Assembly: GCA_024679065.1 (NCBI GenBank)
Contig: JAGIQG010000025.1
Span: forward strand, 10,292,001 to 10,356,000
Direction: 5' to 3'
Origin: Sphyrna mokarran
Taxonomy: Eukaryota
DNA: 64,000 nucleotides
Shown here piece after piece: positions 47,575 through 59,760 of this stretch. Made by a program: the position numbers and the translations under genes. Positions within the stretch are counted from its first letter, which is position 1, and each line of letters begins with the position of its first letter. The notes under the pieces are model-generated. The model was not told the DNA's origin and made no database searches. It saw only the letters and a program-made list of their open reading frames with translations.

Positions 47575-48680
47575 TCAACGTGGTTCAATTGCCAGTACTG
47601 TCTCCACTAAACCAAATGCAATCCTTCAGGACTTGAGGTCAATAATGTAGATTGACGCTTCAGTATTGAGGGGATGCTGCAGACTGAGATGCAGCATCCT
47701 TCAGTGGGGCCTTGCTGCCTATTCTAATGCTTCAAGACATTAAAGAGCCTATGTACTTGGTAATTGTATATTAATTGTGTTTAATTATAGGCATGTGGTG
47801 AGCATTTACTACTGATTCTTATAAATAGGCACAGACTATTATTGAAATCCATGGTGGTGTATGCTTGTATTGTAACTCTAAATAAATATAGAAGTGTTTA
47901 AAGATTGGCTCCAGTTCTATTCTTGAACGACAGTGAGAGGATGAGTAAATTAGGCCTATGCAACCTAGCATTTAAAAAAAAAAATGAGAAGAGACCTCAT
48001 TGAAACGTACCATATTCTGAAAGAGCTTCAAAGGCTAGACACTCAGAAGTTGTCTGTGCTGGCTGGGGATTTTGGAATACTGGGACAGAATTACAGGATA
48101 AGGAGTTGATCGTTTAGAATTGAAATGAGGAGAAATTTCTTCACTCAAAAGGTTGTGAATCTTTAGAATTCTCTACCCCACAGAGTTGTTGATGCTCTAT
48201 CATTGCATATATTTAAGACTGCGATAGATTTTCTGGCCCTACCTGCCACAACAATTCCTGCCACAGGTGGGACCAGAAAATCCCAAACTTGGTCTCTCAG
48301 GGAATCGAGGGATAAGGGAAGTGGGTGGGAAAGTGGAGTTGAGAGAGAAGATCAACATGATTGTGTTGATGACGGAGCAAGGCTTGTTGGTCATATGGTC
48401 TGCTCCTATTTCTGATGTTCACCAACTGACTTTCTGGAACAGAATAGACTGTTCAAAGCAGAGCATGGAATTCACCTTCTGTCTGGATCAATATTCTTCC
48501 CTCAACAAACATCACCACAAATAGATCAATTGGTTGTTCATCTGATTGCTGTTTGTAAGTTCTTGAGCCAACTTATTAATTGGCATACTGATTTGCATAA
48601 AAGTGATTGTATTATTGATTTATTTTGTGTTGTGATTTGGAATATGCAGGAGAGATGTGATGAGGTGAAATATTTCTTTC
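47575..48680 (+). mobile_element. DeuSINE-like element split by a CR1 insertion
   Basis: Head/Deu part ggacttgag..gacgcttcagtattgaggggatgctgca (47575-47755) resumes at 48460 with caatattcttccctcaacaaacatcacc..gattgctgtttgt. Confidence 0.55.
47900..48420 (+). mobile_element. CR1 LINE 3' fragment
   Basis: gagaagagacctcattgaaacgtac..gaaatgaggagaaatttcttcactcaaaaggttgtgaatc..ctgctcctatttctgatgttc. Confidence 0.85.
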
Positions 48681-51600
48681 TAGCTTAATATTAACAAAAA
48701 TAAATGTTGGGTGGTATGTTCCTTTCTGAGATATTTTGGGTAATGGGAGTGGAAACAATAGTAACTTGTGCTAGATGGCTTTTCAAGGCACATAAGGCGG
48801 CATGAGTGTACAAACGTTGTTTATAATTTTGGCACGAAGTGTCCTCAATTCTCATCATGTTGCTAGAGTGGGACAGCTGTTTAATGGCATGGAACCTGGT
48901 CCCCCATCAGAATCCTCTCACATTATCATTTCTCTCACATTATCAATATGGTGATTACTGAATATTCCAACATGAGGATGCTTAAGCATTGGTTGTCATT
49001 TGTGAGTGTGCAGCCTGAATATACATCATGTGATTGCAAGAGGTCAAATGTTCTACTCGTGCTGTTCTTTCCTGTGCATGCATATTTCCAGTTGTGCCTA
49101 GTAAGCGTATGTCAGTAAGTGTATTTGTAGATTAGCCTGCTTTGTGGAACCACCAAGCCAGTGCAAAACCTGGTTTCCATCTAAACGTGACATCCGCACT
49201 CCATCTCTGTCCTTGCAGATGAAGAAATTCTGGACAGCCACAGTTGAGTGTTCTCCTCATTGAGACATGCTGTGTGTGAAGACATAGCACATTGACTGGA
49301 GTATTGATTTCATGTAGGGGATCCCTCAGACACTATTCAGCTTGCCTACATTATCTTTGAGAAGCTATAGAGTAACTAATTAATGTCTTGGCATCATAGA
49401 AACACCACATTAGCCCTTCTCAGCCATGACCATTTCTCCACACAAATGGAGATTGAGAATTGGGAATTTGCTGCCAGCCACTACCAGCTCATCTGAGCTT
49501 TGTTTTCACTGGAGTGGATGAGTAATTAACAGGCTGTGCCTTTGCTTGATCCAAAGAACAAGGCATTAACTGCGCACACCCAAAAAATACTCCTTTCATC
49601 TTGCAATTTTATAAGCTGCACAACAACCTTCAGGGTTTCAGCAGGGTGTGTGTGAGATTTGGCAACACATCAAGCATCATCTACTTTCCCTTTGTTACAC
49701 ATCAAGATCCCCCCCCCATCTTCTACATAATCACCACCATTTTTTCCTGTATTCATTCAGTCTCCCCCATTACCCTGTACCCAGCTATCATTTGTGTGGA
49801 CTCTGCTGTGTCCACTGTTCCCAATACTATAAATGCCCACGCCCCTCCTGTCTTCAAGACCAGCTCTATTATGACTTCCCCGACCCCCCCATTAGACGAT
49901 CCACTATCTATTTCTGAGCCTAGCACTTCCACCCTACCTGATCCAAATCCTTCTGTTGACTGTGATTATGCCCTCTGTCTCACAATAAAACTTGTGTACA
50001 GTGCCAAATATGAATGTTCTAATTTCTTGCTGGCAGAAAACTTAATTTGGAGAAGACTCTTAATTTTGATCAGCTGGTCTTTTAATGAGTATGCACAGCA
50101 TGGAAAACTGATTTTTTGGTTTCCTTGTCCGCCAAGCAGGTGGGACCAGAAGATTGTTGTTTTGATTGCAAAAGTGAAAATTTATGTCATGTATACTTTG
50201 GTAATAACAAATCTGACTATTGACATACTGTCAGGTTCATGCCTCACTGTTAAGATGGACTATTACAATGGTTCATGAAGATGGTTCACCATTACCTCCA
50301 CAAGGGCAATTAGGGATGGGCAACAAATTCTGATCTTGCACATTTAAATTTTTGAGCGCTGAATTAAATTACATGTGAAAGATGCATTTGAGGCAGATGA
50401 GTTGCTGCATCTCTGAACTGATTTCTTCTGTTTCCCTGACCAGAGATATAAATGTTGTGGATATTTTCCCTGTTTAAAAAAAAATTGAGTTGAGTGGAAC
50501 TGGCAACAATTCCTGTAGCTTTTGGTCTCTTCCTATATCCTTGCTCACACGATAACATCAGGGGCCTGCAGTGCATCAAATCTGCAATAAAGCTGAGTGC
50601 CTATCAGCATGAAGTGAACAGATTATTTGACTTGGTTCTGACAAGCAATTACTTAATTTTTACACGTGTCATCCTTCATTTCCTGATAGAAGACTAGCAC
50701 TCACTGTTTTTAGACAGAAATGCAGGAAGATTACTAGCTTCCAAAGTTTACTTACCCATCTCTTTTTTTTGTTTATTCACCAATAAACTAATTGTCAGAT
50801 TCACTCAGTATAATGAATTAGGAAACTGTCTTTCAATAGAATATTCATTGGTTATGCTCTGTTGACTGGCAGATGTGATGAATTTGGCTGAAAACTGCTT
50901 AAACAATTGCTAGCATTGCAGTTGGAAAAATTTTTGCCTCTGAGAACTAAAGATAAATTTTTAAAAATCTTCGAAGGAAAGAGGAAGCAAACTCCAATTG
51001 TCCCAAGTGATGGTATTTTCCAGTGCCTGTTTTCATCTGCTTGCATTCTCTCCTAATTCATAAGCAGCCCCTCTGCTAATTCTTGCCCTATTAGAATCTC
51101 CGTGGTTTTGGTAAGCTTCATCAGGTATTCTTCACCTTCCAGATCACCCCATCCTAACATAAAAGCTATTAAAAAATCTCTATGATTGTAACAAAGGAAT
51201 GAATCTCTGAATTGACTCCTATCCCTGATGTAGTGCTTAACTCTTTACACAGTATAAGATTTCAGTGCACCTATATATAATAGTTGATTTTCCAAAGAAT
51301 TATGAGTGCGCAAAGAAACATTCTGCTTGAATCATAATTCTGTGAATCCCACATATAAACAACCATTTGGAAAATCTTTTGTTCAAGCTCATTTAATAAT
51401 TCATTTAGTATATAGGCTAAATGAAAACAAGAAAAACACAAGGAAAGCTACCTTTCACAAGTTGGTTTGATTCCTAAAATGTTTGACTGCCCTTGGGTTA
51501 TACCTACAGTGATTTAGTTATTTAAAGTGCTGAACATCAAATAGCGTAGATATAGGGAAAACGTGTTGTACTTCAAGAAATTTGGATTTAAAATTGGATT

Positions 51601-52389
51601 GTAACCTCTCTACAATAAAAGTAAATGAAGCATTTTTTTAATATTTTGAATTTGTTGTTATGGTCATCAAGAAAGTGGAACTCATTGATGAATGAAAACA
51701 TTTTCAATTTTGATCACACTAGTCAAACTTAATGCCTTCCCCAATGGAGAGTTTGGTAGCAGCGGAGCAATGGATGGGTACCCTGTCAGGTCCTTGACAC
51801 TGCTTCAGTTAAGTTTGTAGGAATTAATGCCAGCGGGGGTACTTGCTAATCTGGAAGCTGAAAAAGCAAATCCTAGTGTGTTTGTGTGCAGGCTTCCAGG
51901 GTAGAAAGGGGTCTCTCATTCAAAGATTCTCAATGCCTGATTGAGGGACCCAGCATCACCTCCTTGCTGCCACTTCACCCATTTTCACGCTCCGTTGTAA
52001 TTACCGTGCTGCCAATGCACAGCTATGCTTGAGTCCACTACGCTTTTGGTGGGTGTAGTACTGGCAGCAGCTACCACCTTCTCTGTGCTGGCACTGCAAA
52101 TCATTGAAGACCTGCTGGTCTATGATTAGCTGACATCTCAGAAGCCCTTAATCCTGGGGAAGACCTGCTAGTGCTTACATAAGTGCTTAACTAGCCCTTG
52201 ATGCAGTGGGCCTTGTCTATAGGATATGATCCGGGGCTCCCACCAGCTCTCCAACTGCAGAAGAGACCCCCATCCTCTCCATTAAATACCATCCTTTACG
52301 TCAGTGTTAAGCATTCTTTAGTCAGCCATAGCAGAATATAACCAGATGCAAGGTAAAGTTCCTACTCTTTCTTTCCTGAAAATGCACTT

Positions 52390-52456
52390 AAAGTTTAATT
52401 TATTGGTGTCACAAGGCCTAAATTAATACTGCAATGAAATTACTGTGAAAATCCTC
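52390..52456 (-). repeat. Isolated type II V-SINE tail
   Basis: aagtttaatttattggtgtcacaagg..gcaatgaaattactgtgaaaatcc is the reverse of the 59690-59757 tail. Confidence 0.75.
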
Positions 52457-52810
52457 TTCATTTCAACTCCAATCTCAAGTTCCAGTACTATTGTACTTTT
52501 CTATTTTTCCATACCAATTATCTGTCTATCAGCAAGATTAATAATTTTGTTCTAATTTATGCTTTTGCAGAGCTCAGTTCAGCAATAACACCAATAACTG
52601 GTCCAAACTTAGTTAAAATTCAACCTTTACAGCAAGCAAAGCGAAGGCCATTTGAGCTCATCTACCTGTAATTCTTTTAAAGTTTAAATTTCTTTGTGTC
52701 ACTTAATTCTTGAATGGGTCAAAGGTTTTCCCTTCCATCACCCTACTCCAAAGATCAACCCAAATGTTGAATTCTGATTGTATATGGAAAAGAAAATGCA
52801 TTTTGTGTCA

Positions 52811-53150
52811 CAGTGGTTGTTGATTTAGTATTCGTTCACTTGGCATTACTAGCATTCACCAATTTCACTACGAGTTTGTGGTTATCTGGTCTGAATCCAT
52901 TCCAGATCAAAATGAAGAAAGTTTCTTCATTGACCTGGCTGTAAAGATCCCTTGAGAAATGGGTTTGGACTGTCTTGGCACAGTTCCTTGTATTTACTGG
53001 TCCATGTTGTAAAACTACCTATAATTCAGCACAAATCGGCACAAAATTGCCAGTCTCAGAGATTACAAAGATATCTCTCTCTATCTTGAGAGCAGGCTGT
53101 CAGACAGAACATGCTCTCAGACAGGGAATATGGGATGTGGAGGAGGGGAA
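52811..53150 (+). mobile_element. LF-SINE-like ancient SINE relic
   Basis: Ordered motifs gaatccattccagatc, gaaagt..tggctgt, tgagaaatgggttt, cagttcct, aaaactacc, cagcacaaatcggcac, gccagtctcag recall the LF-SINE consensus (from memory). Confidence 0.5.
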
Positions 53151-53914
53151 TTAAAATCTGTGCAGATGATTTCCTCCCTGTGTGTGTATCATGACATTGG
53201 AAACAAATTAAACAGGCTTCTTATTCTCTATGTATGAAATCTTCCTGCACCAGAGGGAGAAGAATGCATTTTAAAGTAGGATATTTTTATTTTATTTGAA
53301 GCAAGCGATCATCACAGAAATAGTACTTTACAAATCATTTTACAAGTCACTATTTTTTAAATTTTTTTATGTTGAGTTGAGGTCAGTCTTTGATGACCTG
53401 TGCTTCAGAACCATGGAGCAGCACCTTGTACACCTCCCACTTAATGGGCTGAAAATGTTAGAGTCTCTGCAATGTTGGTTATAAATAACATACAGTTATC
53501 ATGAAAGTGTTACCTTTCTATTAAGCTAACATTTGCTGTATTATGCAGAAGCTTTCAAACCCCCAGAGATCCCTGCTTGAAAAGACAAAGTGGTTATGCG
53601 GTAACTCTTACAATTGTAAATAATAGTAGGACAGGATCCAATTTGCATTGTACAATGAATCACAGTTTATAAAGTCCCACTGTAAGTGAGGATCACCTAC
53701 TGTTATGCCAAATTGAAGTTTGTACCGATTGTTTCATGCTTGTAAAATGTGATTCAAGTTTACATTTTGTGTTGCATAGAAGCATCATGTTGCCTTTCCT
53801 GATTTTTGAATTATTGTCGATGGGCATTGTAAAAATTTAAGTTGTTGCCATGACAACATTTAACTTTTTGCCACGTAGTCTATAATACCAGTATATTACA
53901 ATTTAACATGTTCA

Positions 53915-54625
53915 AAAGGAGGACATAAATATCACACCAGAAATGTTGGGGAACTCAGGGTTTAGTGAGATAGATGAACTGAAGGAAATCTGTATTAGCC
54001 GGGGAATGGTGTTGGGGAAATTGATCCCCCAGATATTCCATTTTGGGAGCAAAAAAAAACAGGAAAGTAGATTATTTATTATATGAATGGCTATAAATTG
54101 AGAAAGCGGAATGTGTTCCGAGACCTGAGTGTCCTTGTACACCAGTCGCTGAAAGTATGCATTGCAGGTACAGCAGGCAGTGAAAGAGGCAAAAGATATG
54201 TTGGCCTTTGTAATGAAAGGATTTGAGTACAGGATCAGGAATGTTTTGCTGCAGTTATACAGGGTCTTGGTCAGGCCATATCTGGAATATTGTGTGCAGT
54301 TCTGGTCTGCTTATCTGAAGAAAGATATTCTTCTTATGGAGGGAGTGCAGCAAAGGTTTACCAGACTGATTCCTGAGATGGCGGGATTGAAGCATGAGGT
54401 TTGGAATATTTTTGCTGGAGCTCAAGAGAATGAGGGGGATCTCATAGAAACCTATAAAATTCCACCAGGACTAGACACTGCAGGGTCAATGCAGGAAGGA
54501 TACTCCCAAAGCAGGGTTGTCTAGAATCAGTGGTCACAGGCTGACGATATAGGGTAAACCATTTAGAACTGAGATGAGGAGAATTGTTTTCACCCAGGGT
54601 GGCAAGAAAGTAGTTGAGACCAAAC
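53915..54625 (+). mobile_element. CR1 LINE ORF2 fragments
   Basis: ORF 54162-54524 QVQQAVKEAKDMLAF..LLQLYRVLVRPYLEYCVQFWSAYLKKDI..VQQRFTRLIP is the CR1 RT C-terminal domain. Confidence 0.9.
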
Positions 54626-55302
54626 TATTCTGGGTGTAATTTTACCAAAAAATGGCAAAGTGTACTGAAAACCCGATGTGTAACAGGCTGTTTTTTTTCC
54701 CTAGATATTATGGCACTTTAGCAAATAAAATGGGATTGTGGAGGTTTTCACATCGTCATGTTGATAAGCAGGGCCTTAATGCAGCTGGGCTTTGCTGGCA
54801 TGCTGAGATCGAGGTGCCATTTTTAAAGGGTGCCCCAATCAGAGGAAAAAAAACCACCCCTACCGAACATCCACAGCCATCACCAGCTCTCAAATCCACT
54901 CCCAAACTTTTAATTAGTAATCTACTTATATTACCAAGTGGAGCCTTGGGCAAGATAACAGCCTTAGAATTAAGCATTAAGAATGAATATTGAATAGTTT
55001 GTGAGCTTGAACAAAAGGCAATTTTCTTTTGTTTTAAACCTACTGTCAAACATTTATTATCTATGTATTTCATTAGTTTCTTTGTTCTGCTTTCATGGAG
55101 CTAAAAGGTGATTAAAAACGATTATAAATGTTTGATATCATATGTTCTTGCACTTATAGTTTTCTCCTGACAATTCAAAGTTGTTTTGTACTAAATAAAT
55201 TTGAATTATCCAGTCCAGGAGCTGTATTTATTACACAAATTCTAGGTTTGATTCTTACTCTGTGGGGTTACGTCACCATTACCAGGATGCAGATAATCTG
55301 TA

Positions 55303-55513
55303 GGTAAATTTTCCAGTCCTTCTGCAGTGGGATCTTCCAGCTGCACCTAAGATGACTCCTGTGGTGGGTATCCCTATGGCGGGATGGACAATATCTACAA
55401 AATACTGTAGATATTGGTGGAACCAGAAGATCTCACTGGAAGCCAATTGTGAGCAGCCATTTCTGCCAGAAAATATGCTATGGGGGAAAGGGTGGGGCTA
55501 GAAAATCCTGCCC
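55303..55513. mobile_element. Palindromic MITE inside an AmnSINE2-like copy
   Basis: Termini ggtaaattttccag / ctagaaaatcctgccc. Internal cagtgggatctt / aagatctcactg arms. Confidence 0.6.
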
Positions 55514-56649
55514 TGTGTGTGTGACTGTTGGATGAGAACCAGAACTGGCATATCTGTGATGCATGTTGTGGTTGAATGCCCTATTAACATTATAAATATC
55601 AAGAATGGCCAACTGGGTGAGGGACTGTAGTGTGATGGGTTGCAGTCAAAATGTATCTCAACAGGAAACCAATGACTTCAGGTGGAGGGGAAATATATCA
55701 TCCAGTCCCTTTTCTAGAAACATGTCAGCATTTGAAAATTTGGTGGAGAGGGGGGGGGGGAATTCTTCCTCTAAAACCATATATATATGTTGGAATATAA
55801 GTGCTCTTGTAAATGAAATTTATTTTATTTTATAAACTTATGTACTGTGGATCTGCCAAAAATTGGCCCGAAAAGAAACCGAGAAGCTTTAGCGGCAGTG
55901 CAGAATATCAAATATTTTCAGGAATTAACAAAAATACTGAGAAATATCGTAAGCAATATCTATAGGTTAACAAGTTGATGGATGAAATGTATACAAATTT
56001 TCATGTCAAATTTATCAAGACCAGATTGAATGCAGCTGTGTTGCAGAGGAAAATGTGCATTTTTGCATCTGAAAGATATTTACTTATACTTAAGGTGGCT
56101 AAATAAACTGTATTGTCACAACTTGCCATGTAGGGATAAATCTGCTTACCTCTGTTTTTATTTTAACAATTTATCCCCTTATCCACTACTGACTGCAAAA
56201 CCTAGGAAGCAGCTCAGAGCTGTATTTTACAAACCTAATCAGATTTTTCCAAGTGCTTTCCCTTTGAACGGATAAAGAGGAGATCCTGTGCTGAGGACTT
56301 GGTGACAGCTTAATTTTCACAGCTGAGTTTCTCTCTGCTCACTGGCAGTTGTTTAATTACAGGCTTTCAGGGAGGCCACTGGGCATACATTGAGGGGGAT
56401 CAATGCTTAAACCCTGTCATTTAGTCAGAATGAGTGCAGATAGAACAAGGAATCTGGAAATTTTCACTGCAAGGTGTGAAGTGGACTGTCTGAGTCCCAG
56501 TGAGCAGATAATGACAGATGCATTTTAGAGCAAGCTGGGACTGAATGGTGCCCAACTCTGTTTCTGTCAGAAAAGTGATTATTTTTGTCACTCAACAATA
56601 ATTTTTTGTGCTGTTTTTCTTTTTCTTTCTTCTCTCGGTAAATGGTTAG

Positions 56650-56781
56650 GTATCTATGAGACCCCAGGTGGGACAATTCTGTATCAAGCTCATCTGGACA
56701 TTGAGGCCTTCACCATGGACAAGGAAGTGAGGAAAATCAAGCAGCTATTGTCACTGAAGTTTTCCGAACAGCTGTACAATG
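56650..56781 (+). CDS. ASS1: Argininosuccinate synthase coding exon (132 nt), (G)[43 protein letters not shown](G)
   Basis: ggttag|GT acceptor and ATG|gtaagc donor. Contains the GIYETPxGTIL..AHxDIE motif, with the same length as the human exon. Confidence 0.98.
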
Positions 56782-57084
56782 GTAAGCAAGGAAAACAATG
56801 AAAAATCATCAAAATTAAGAGCTAGGATGCTGTTAAAATAAACCAGTCACTGCTTAAACCTCTTAGTTCTGTTTATGATACTGTGCTTTCCCAGAAAGTT
56901 ACCTGAGGGGCTGAAGTGGAAATTCAGGTTCATATTACCATAAGCTGCCCCATATGCCACACAGATCGATAGAGGAAATATAATTATTAGTATTTGTTTA
57001 AGGTTTCTTTTCAGTTATTCTACAAAATTGACTGAGGTTTTTTGAGGGAAGATAGAAAGATCTCTTTTTTTATATGCATGCACA

Positions 57085-57780
57085 CAACAACAAATTATAT
57101 TTATGTTGTACTTTTAACGTCATAAAATGTCCCAGTATGTTACACGGAAACATTATAGAATATATGGAACCGAGCCACATCAAATGCCTGGTCTGATGAG
57201 CCAAAGCTTGGTTAAGATTTTAAGGATTCTCATATAGGAAGAAAGCACAATCGAGAGATACAAGGAGGCTCTTATTCCAGAGTTTAGGGCCAAAGCAACT
57301 GAAGGCACAGCCCTCAATTAAGGAATGATTAAATTTGGGAATGCACAAATGGTCAGAAAGAGTGCAGATAGCCCAGATAGGAGTGAGATTGGAAAATATT
57401 ACAGAAAATATGAAAGAATTCGAAAACAAAGATGAGGATTTTAAAATCAAAATATTGCTTGACTGGGAGTCAATGAGCATAGGAGTGATGTGGAATTGGG
57501 ATTTGCTTGAAGTTGTGGCACAGACAGTAGGAAGGCATCAAGTTTACAGAGATCAGCTATGAGTATGCTGGAATAGTCAAATATGACGGTAACAGAAGCA
57601 TGAATGAAGATTCCAGCAGTAAGCTTGCTGAGACGGTGGGGGGAAAAGTTGTGGAAGTGGGAATGGGCATCTTTGAGGTGATGTGAAAATGTGCTCCGAA
57701 GCTCATGCTGGCCAAATATGACAGGTTGTGAACAGATGTGTGACTTTGCCTGGGAGAGGGATGTCATCAAGAGCAAAATA
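57085..57780 (-). mobile_element. L2 LINE 3' fragment
   Basis: Minus ORFs TAGIFIHASVTVIFDYSSILIADL and GCAFSCFGPKLWN match the L2 (HAFVTSRLDY, GxRAFSxxxPxLWN) C-terminus. The tail ends in (ttg)n. Confidence 0.8.
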
Positions 57781-59148
57781 TTGCAGATGCCGGAAAGACT
57801 CCAGCGTTCTGACAGCCAATCTCTAGCATTAGTTAATCAGCATCCCCACCTGCTGAAGTGGGTGCTGTTGATCTGAAGGTGAAGGGAAAAAGGAAGAAGG
57901 CCAGCTAAGTTTCTTTTCCTGGCCATGATCCTGGAGGGGGAATCCTATCAGGGAACTGCCAGTGGCCGCAGCTTTGGACCTGTCACAATTCTGGCTCCAC
58001 AAAAGGGGGACTCTTACATGATCCATTATAGCCACTCCCCTTCTTTTCTTGCTCTGAACCCACCATGTTAGTCTGGATGTGGGCTGCCCCATTGCCAACT
58101 GAAAATCGCAATCAGCATAGGAAACGGGGAGAAAGCCTGGATAATCCAGTAATTATTAATAATTGGCTGTCGGGCAGCCCTCATTGAAAATAGCTAAAGA
58201 TTAGAGGCTGATGGAACTAAACTGCATGCCTGCCCGACTATGATCTAGACCCCACATGAATTAAAAAATCTCTGCCCTCTGTCAGCTGTGGACTTTGGCA
58301 GTGCAAAGATCTGTGGAACAGTCTGAGAAAGTATTTGGGATTGTACTGGCAAGATGCTCCTTTTTTCTTCTTCATGTCAAGCATCGCATTTTTGAAAAAA
58401 CAGCAATTGACCTAGACTATCCCAGAGTGCTAGCACCGTAACTGGAAGAAGAGCTGTTTTCTATACGAATAATCTTTCTAATTGCTACAATTCGCCTCCT
58501 ACTTCAGGGATTATTTGCTTTTGTCAGTGTTCCCTATTGATGAAATGAATATTTTAAACAGATTTGAACTGGTAAATCCTCCTTCTAGGGTACAGCCCAG
58601 GTGTTTAATCCTATTGTCTTTTAAAGAGCTTTAAGTTAATAGGATTTATTTTATTAATGTTTGGATGTTGGTTGCAAAGAAATAGCGCAAGCCTTGGAAA
58701 AGTAAGGTGAGATCAATGAAAGAAAGAACTTGTTTAGAGCTGGAGATGAAAGGAATATAATCTCCGCACCTGTAAATAAGCAACACTCCGGCAATTTTAA
58801 TCGCAATGAAGTAATTGTGCTATTGCAGTGAGCTGCTGCTGAGTCACATTCTTGCTGAGGGAATACCAATCATGCAGAGAATGACCTTCCTTTAAGATGT
58901 TTTGTGATGTTATGGTATAATGTTAGTCAGATGATCTTGTGGCCCTGCTCCTGGGTAGCAGATAAAGGCTTGTGCCACTTTGGAAAGTCTGCACTAACAC
59001 AAAACTAAATATTCTCATGCACTAGTCAAAAACTTTTAATTGTTTGTACAGTATAAGCATAATTGGCAAGGCCAATACTTAGCACCCATTTCAAATTGCT
59101 CATGAGGAGGTGATAGTGAGCCACCTTCATGAACTGCAACAGAAGATA

Positions 59149-59459
59149 ATGGCATAGTGATACTGTCACAAGGCTAGTAATATGGAAACTCAGTAATGCC
59201 TTGGGGATCCGGTTTCAAATCCCACCGCAGCAAATGGTGAAAATTTGAACTCAATAAAAATCTGGTGGCCATTGCCAATTTTTCTTAAACACGCTTTTTG
59301 GCTCACTAACGTTCTTTAGGGAAGGAAATCTGCTGCCACTACTTGGTCTGCCTACAAATGACTCCAGACTCACAGTAACTTGGTTGACTCTTAAATACCC
59401 TCAGGGATGGGCAATAAATGCTGAACCAGCCAATGATGCCCACATCTTATGAAAGAATA
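59149..59459 (+). mobile_element. tRNA-derived SINE (same family as 11268)
   Basis: tggcatagtga A-box, ggtttcaaatccc B-box, tail agggatgggcaataaatgctg..gcccacatc. Confidence 0.85.
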
Positions 59460-59760
59460 TAGTAGCACAGTGGTTAGCTCTGCTGCCTCACAGTGCGAGG
59501 GACTCAGATTCGATTCCTGTATTGGGTCACTGATTGTGCGGAGTCTGCACTTTCTCTCCCTGTCTACGTGGGTTTCCTCTGGGTATTCTGGTTTCCTTCC
59601 ACAGTCTGTAAGATGTGCTGGTTAGGTGCATCAGCCATGTTAAATTCTCCTTAAGTGTACCCCAAAGAGGAACTGGAGTGTGGTGACTAGGGGATTTTCA
59701 CAGTAACTTCATTACAGTGTTACTGTAAGACTATGTGTGACAATAAATAAACTTTAGTTT
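59460..59760 (+). mobile_element. HE1-like V-SINE, type II tail
   Basis: gtagcacagtggttagc head, V-domain, tail ggggattttcacagtaacttcatt..tgtgacaataaataaacttt. Confidence 0.9.

Noticed and set aside
48915-48945. Short direct repeats (ctctcacattatca x2; also agcattc x3 at ~60360-60387) and homopolymer G/C runs
   Set aside because: Simple slippage duplications with no spacer structure. Not CRISPR-like or otherwise organised.
49601-50278. Longest ORF in the track (225 aa)
   Set aside because: Non-ATG start, low-complexity P/S/T composition, no recognisable domain, and it runs across a micro-hairpin and into a LINE tail. At most a decayed retroelement remnant.
56644-56656. AG|GT junctions at the starts of the 85-nt and 132-nt exons, resembling recursive splice sites
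   Set aside because: The GT is forced by a split glycine codon in phase 1, and the downstream bases are a poor donor consensus.
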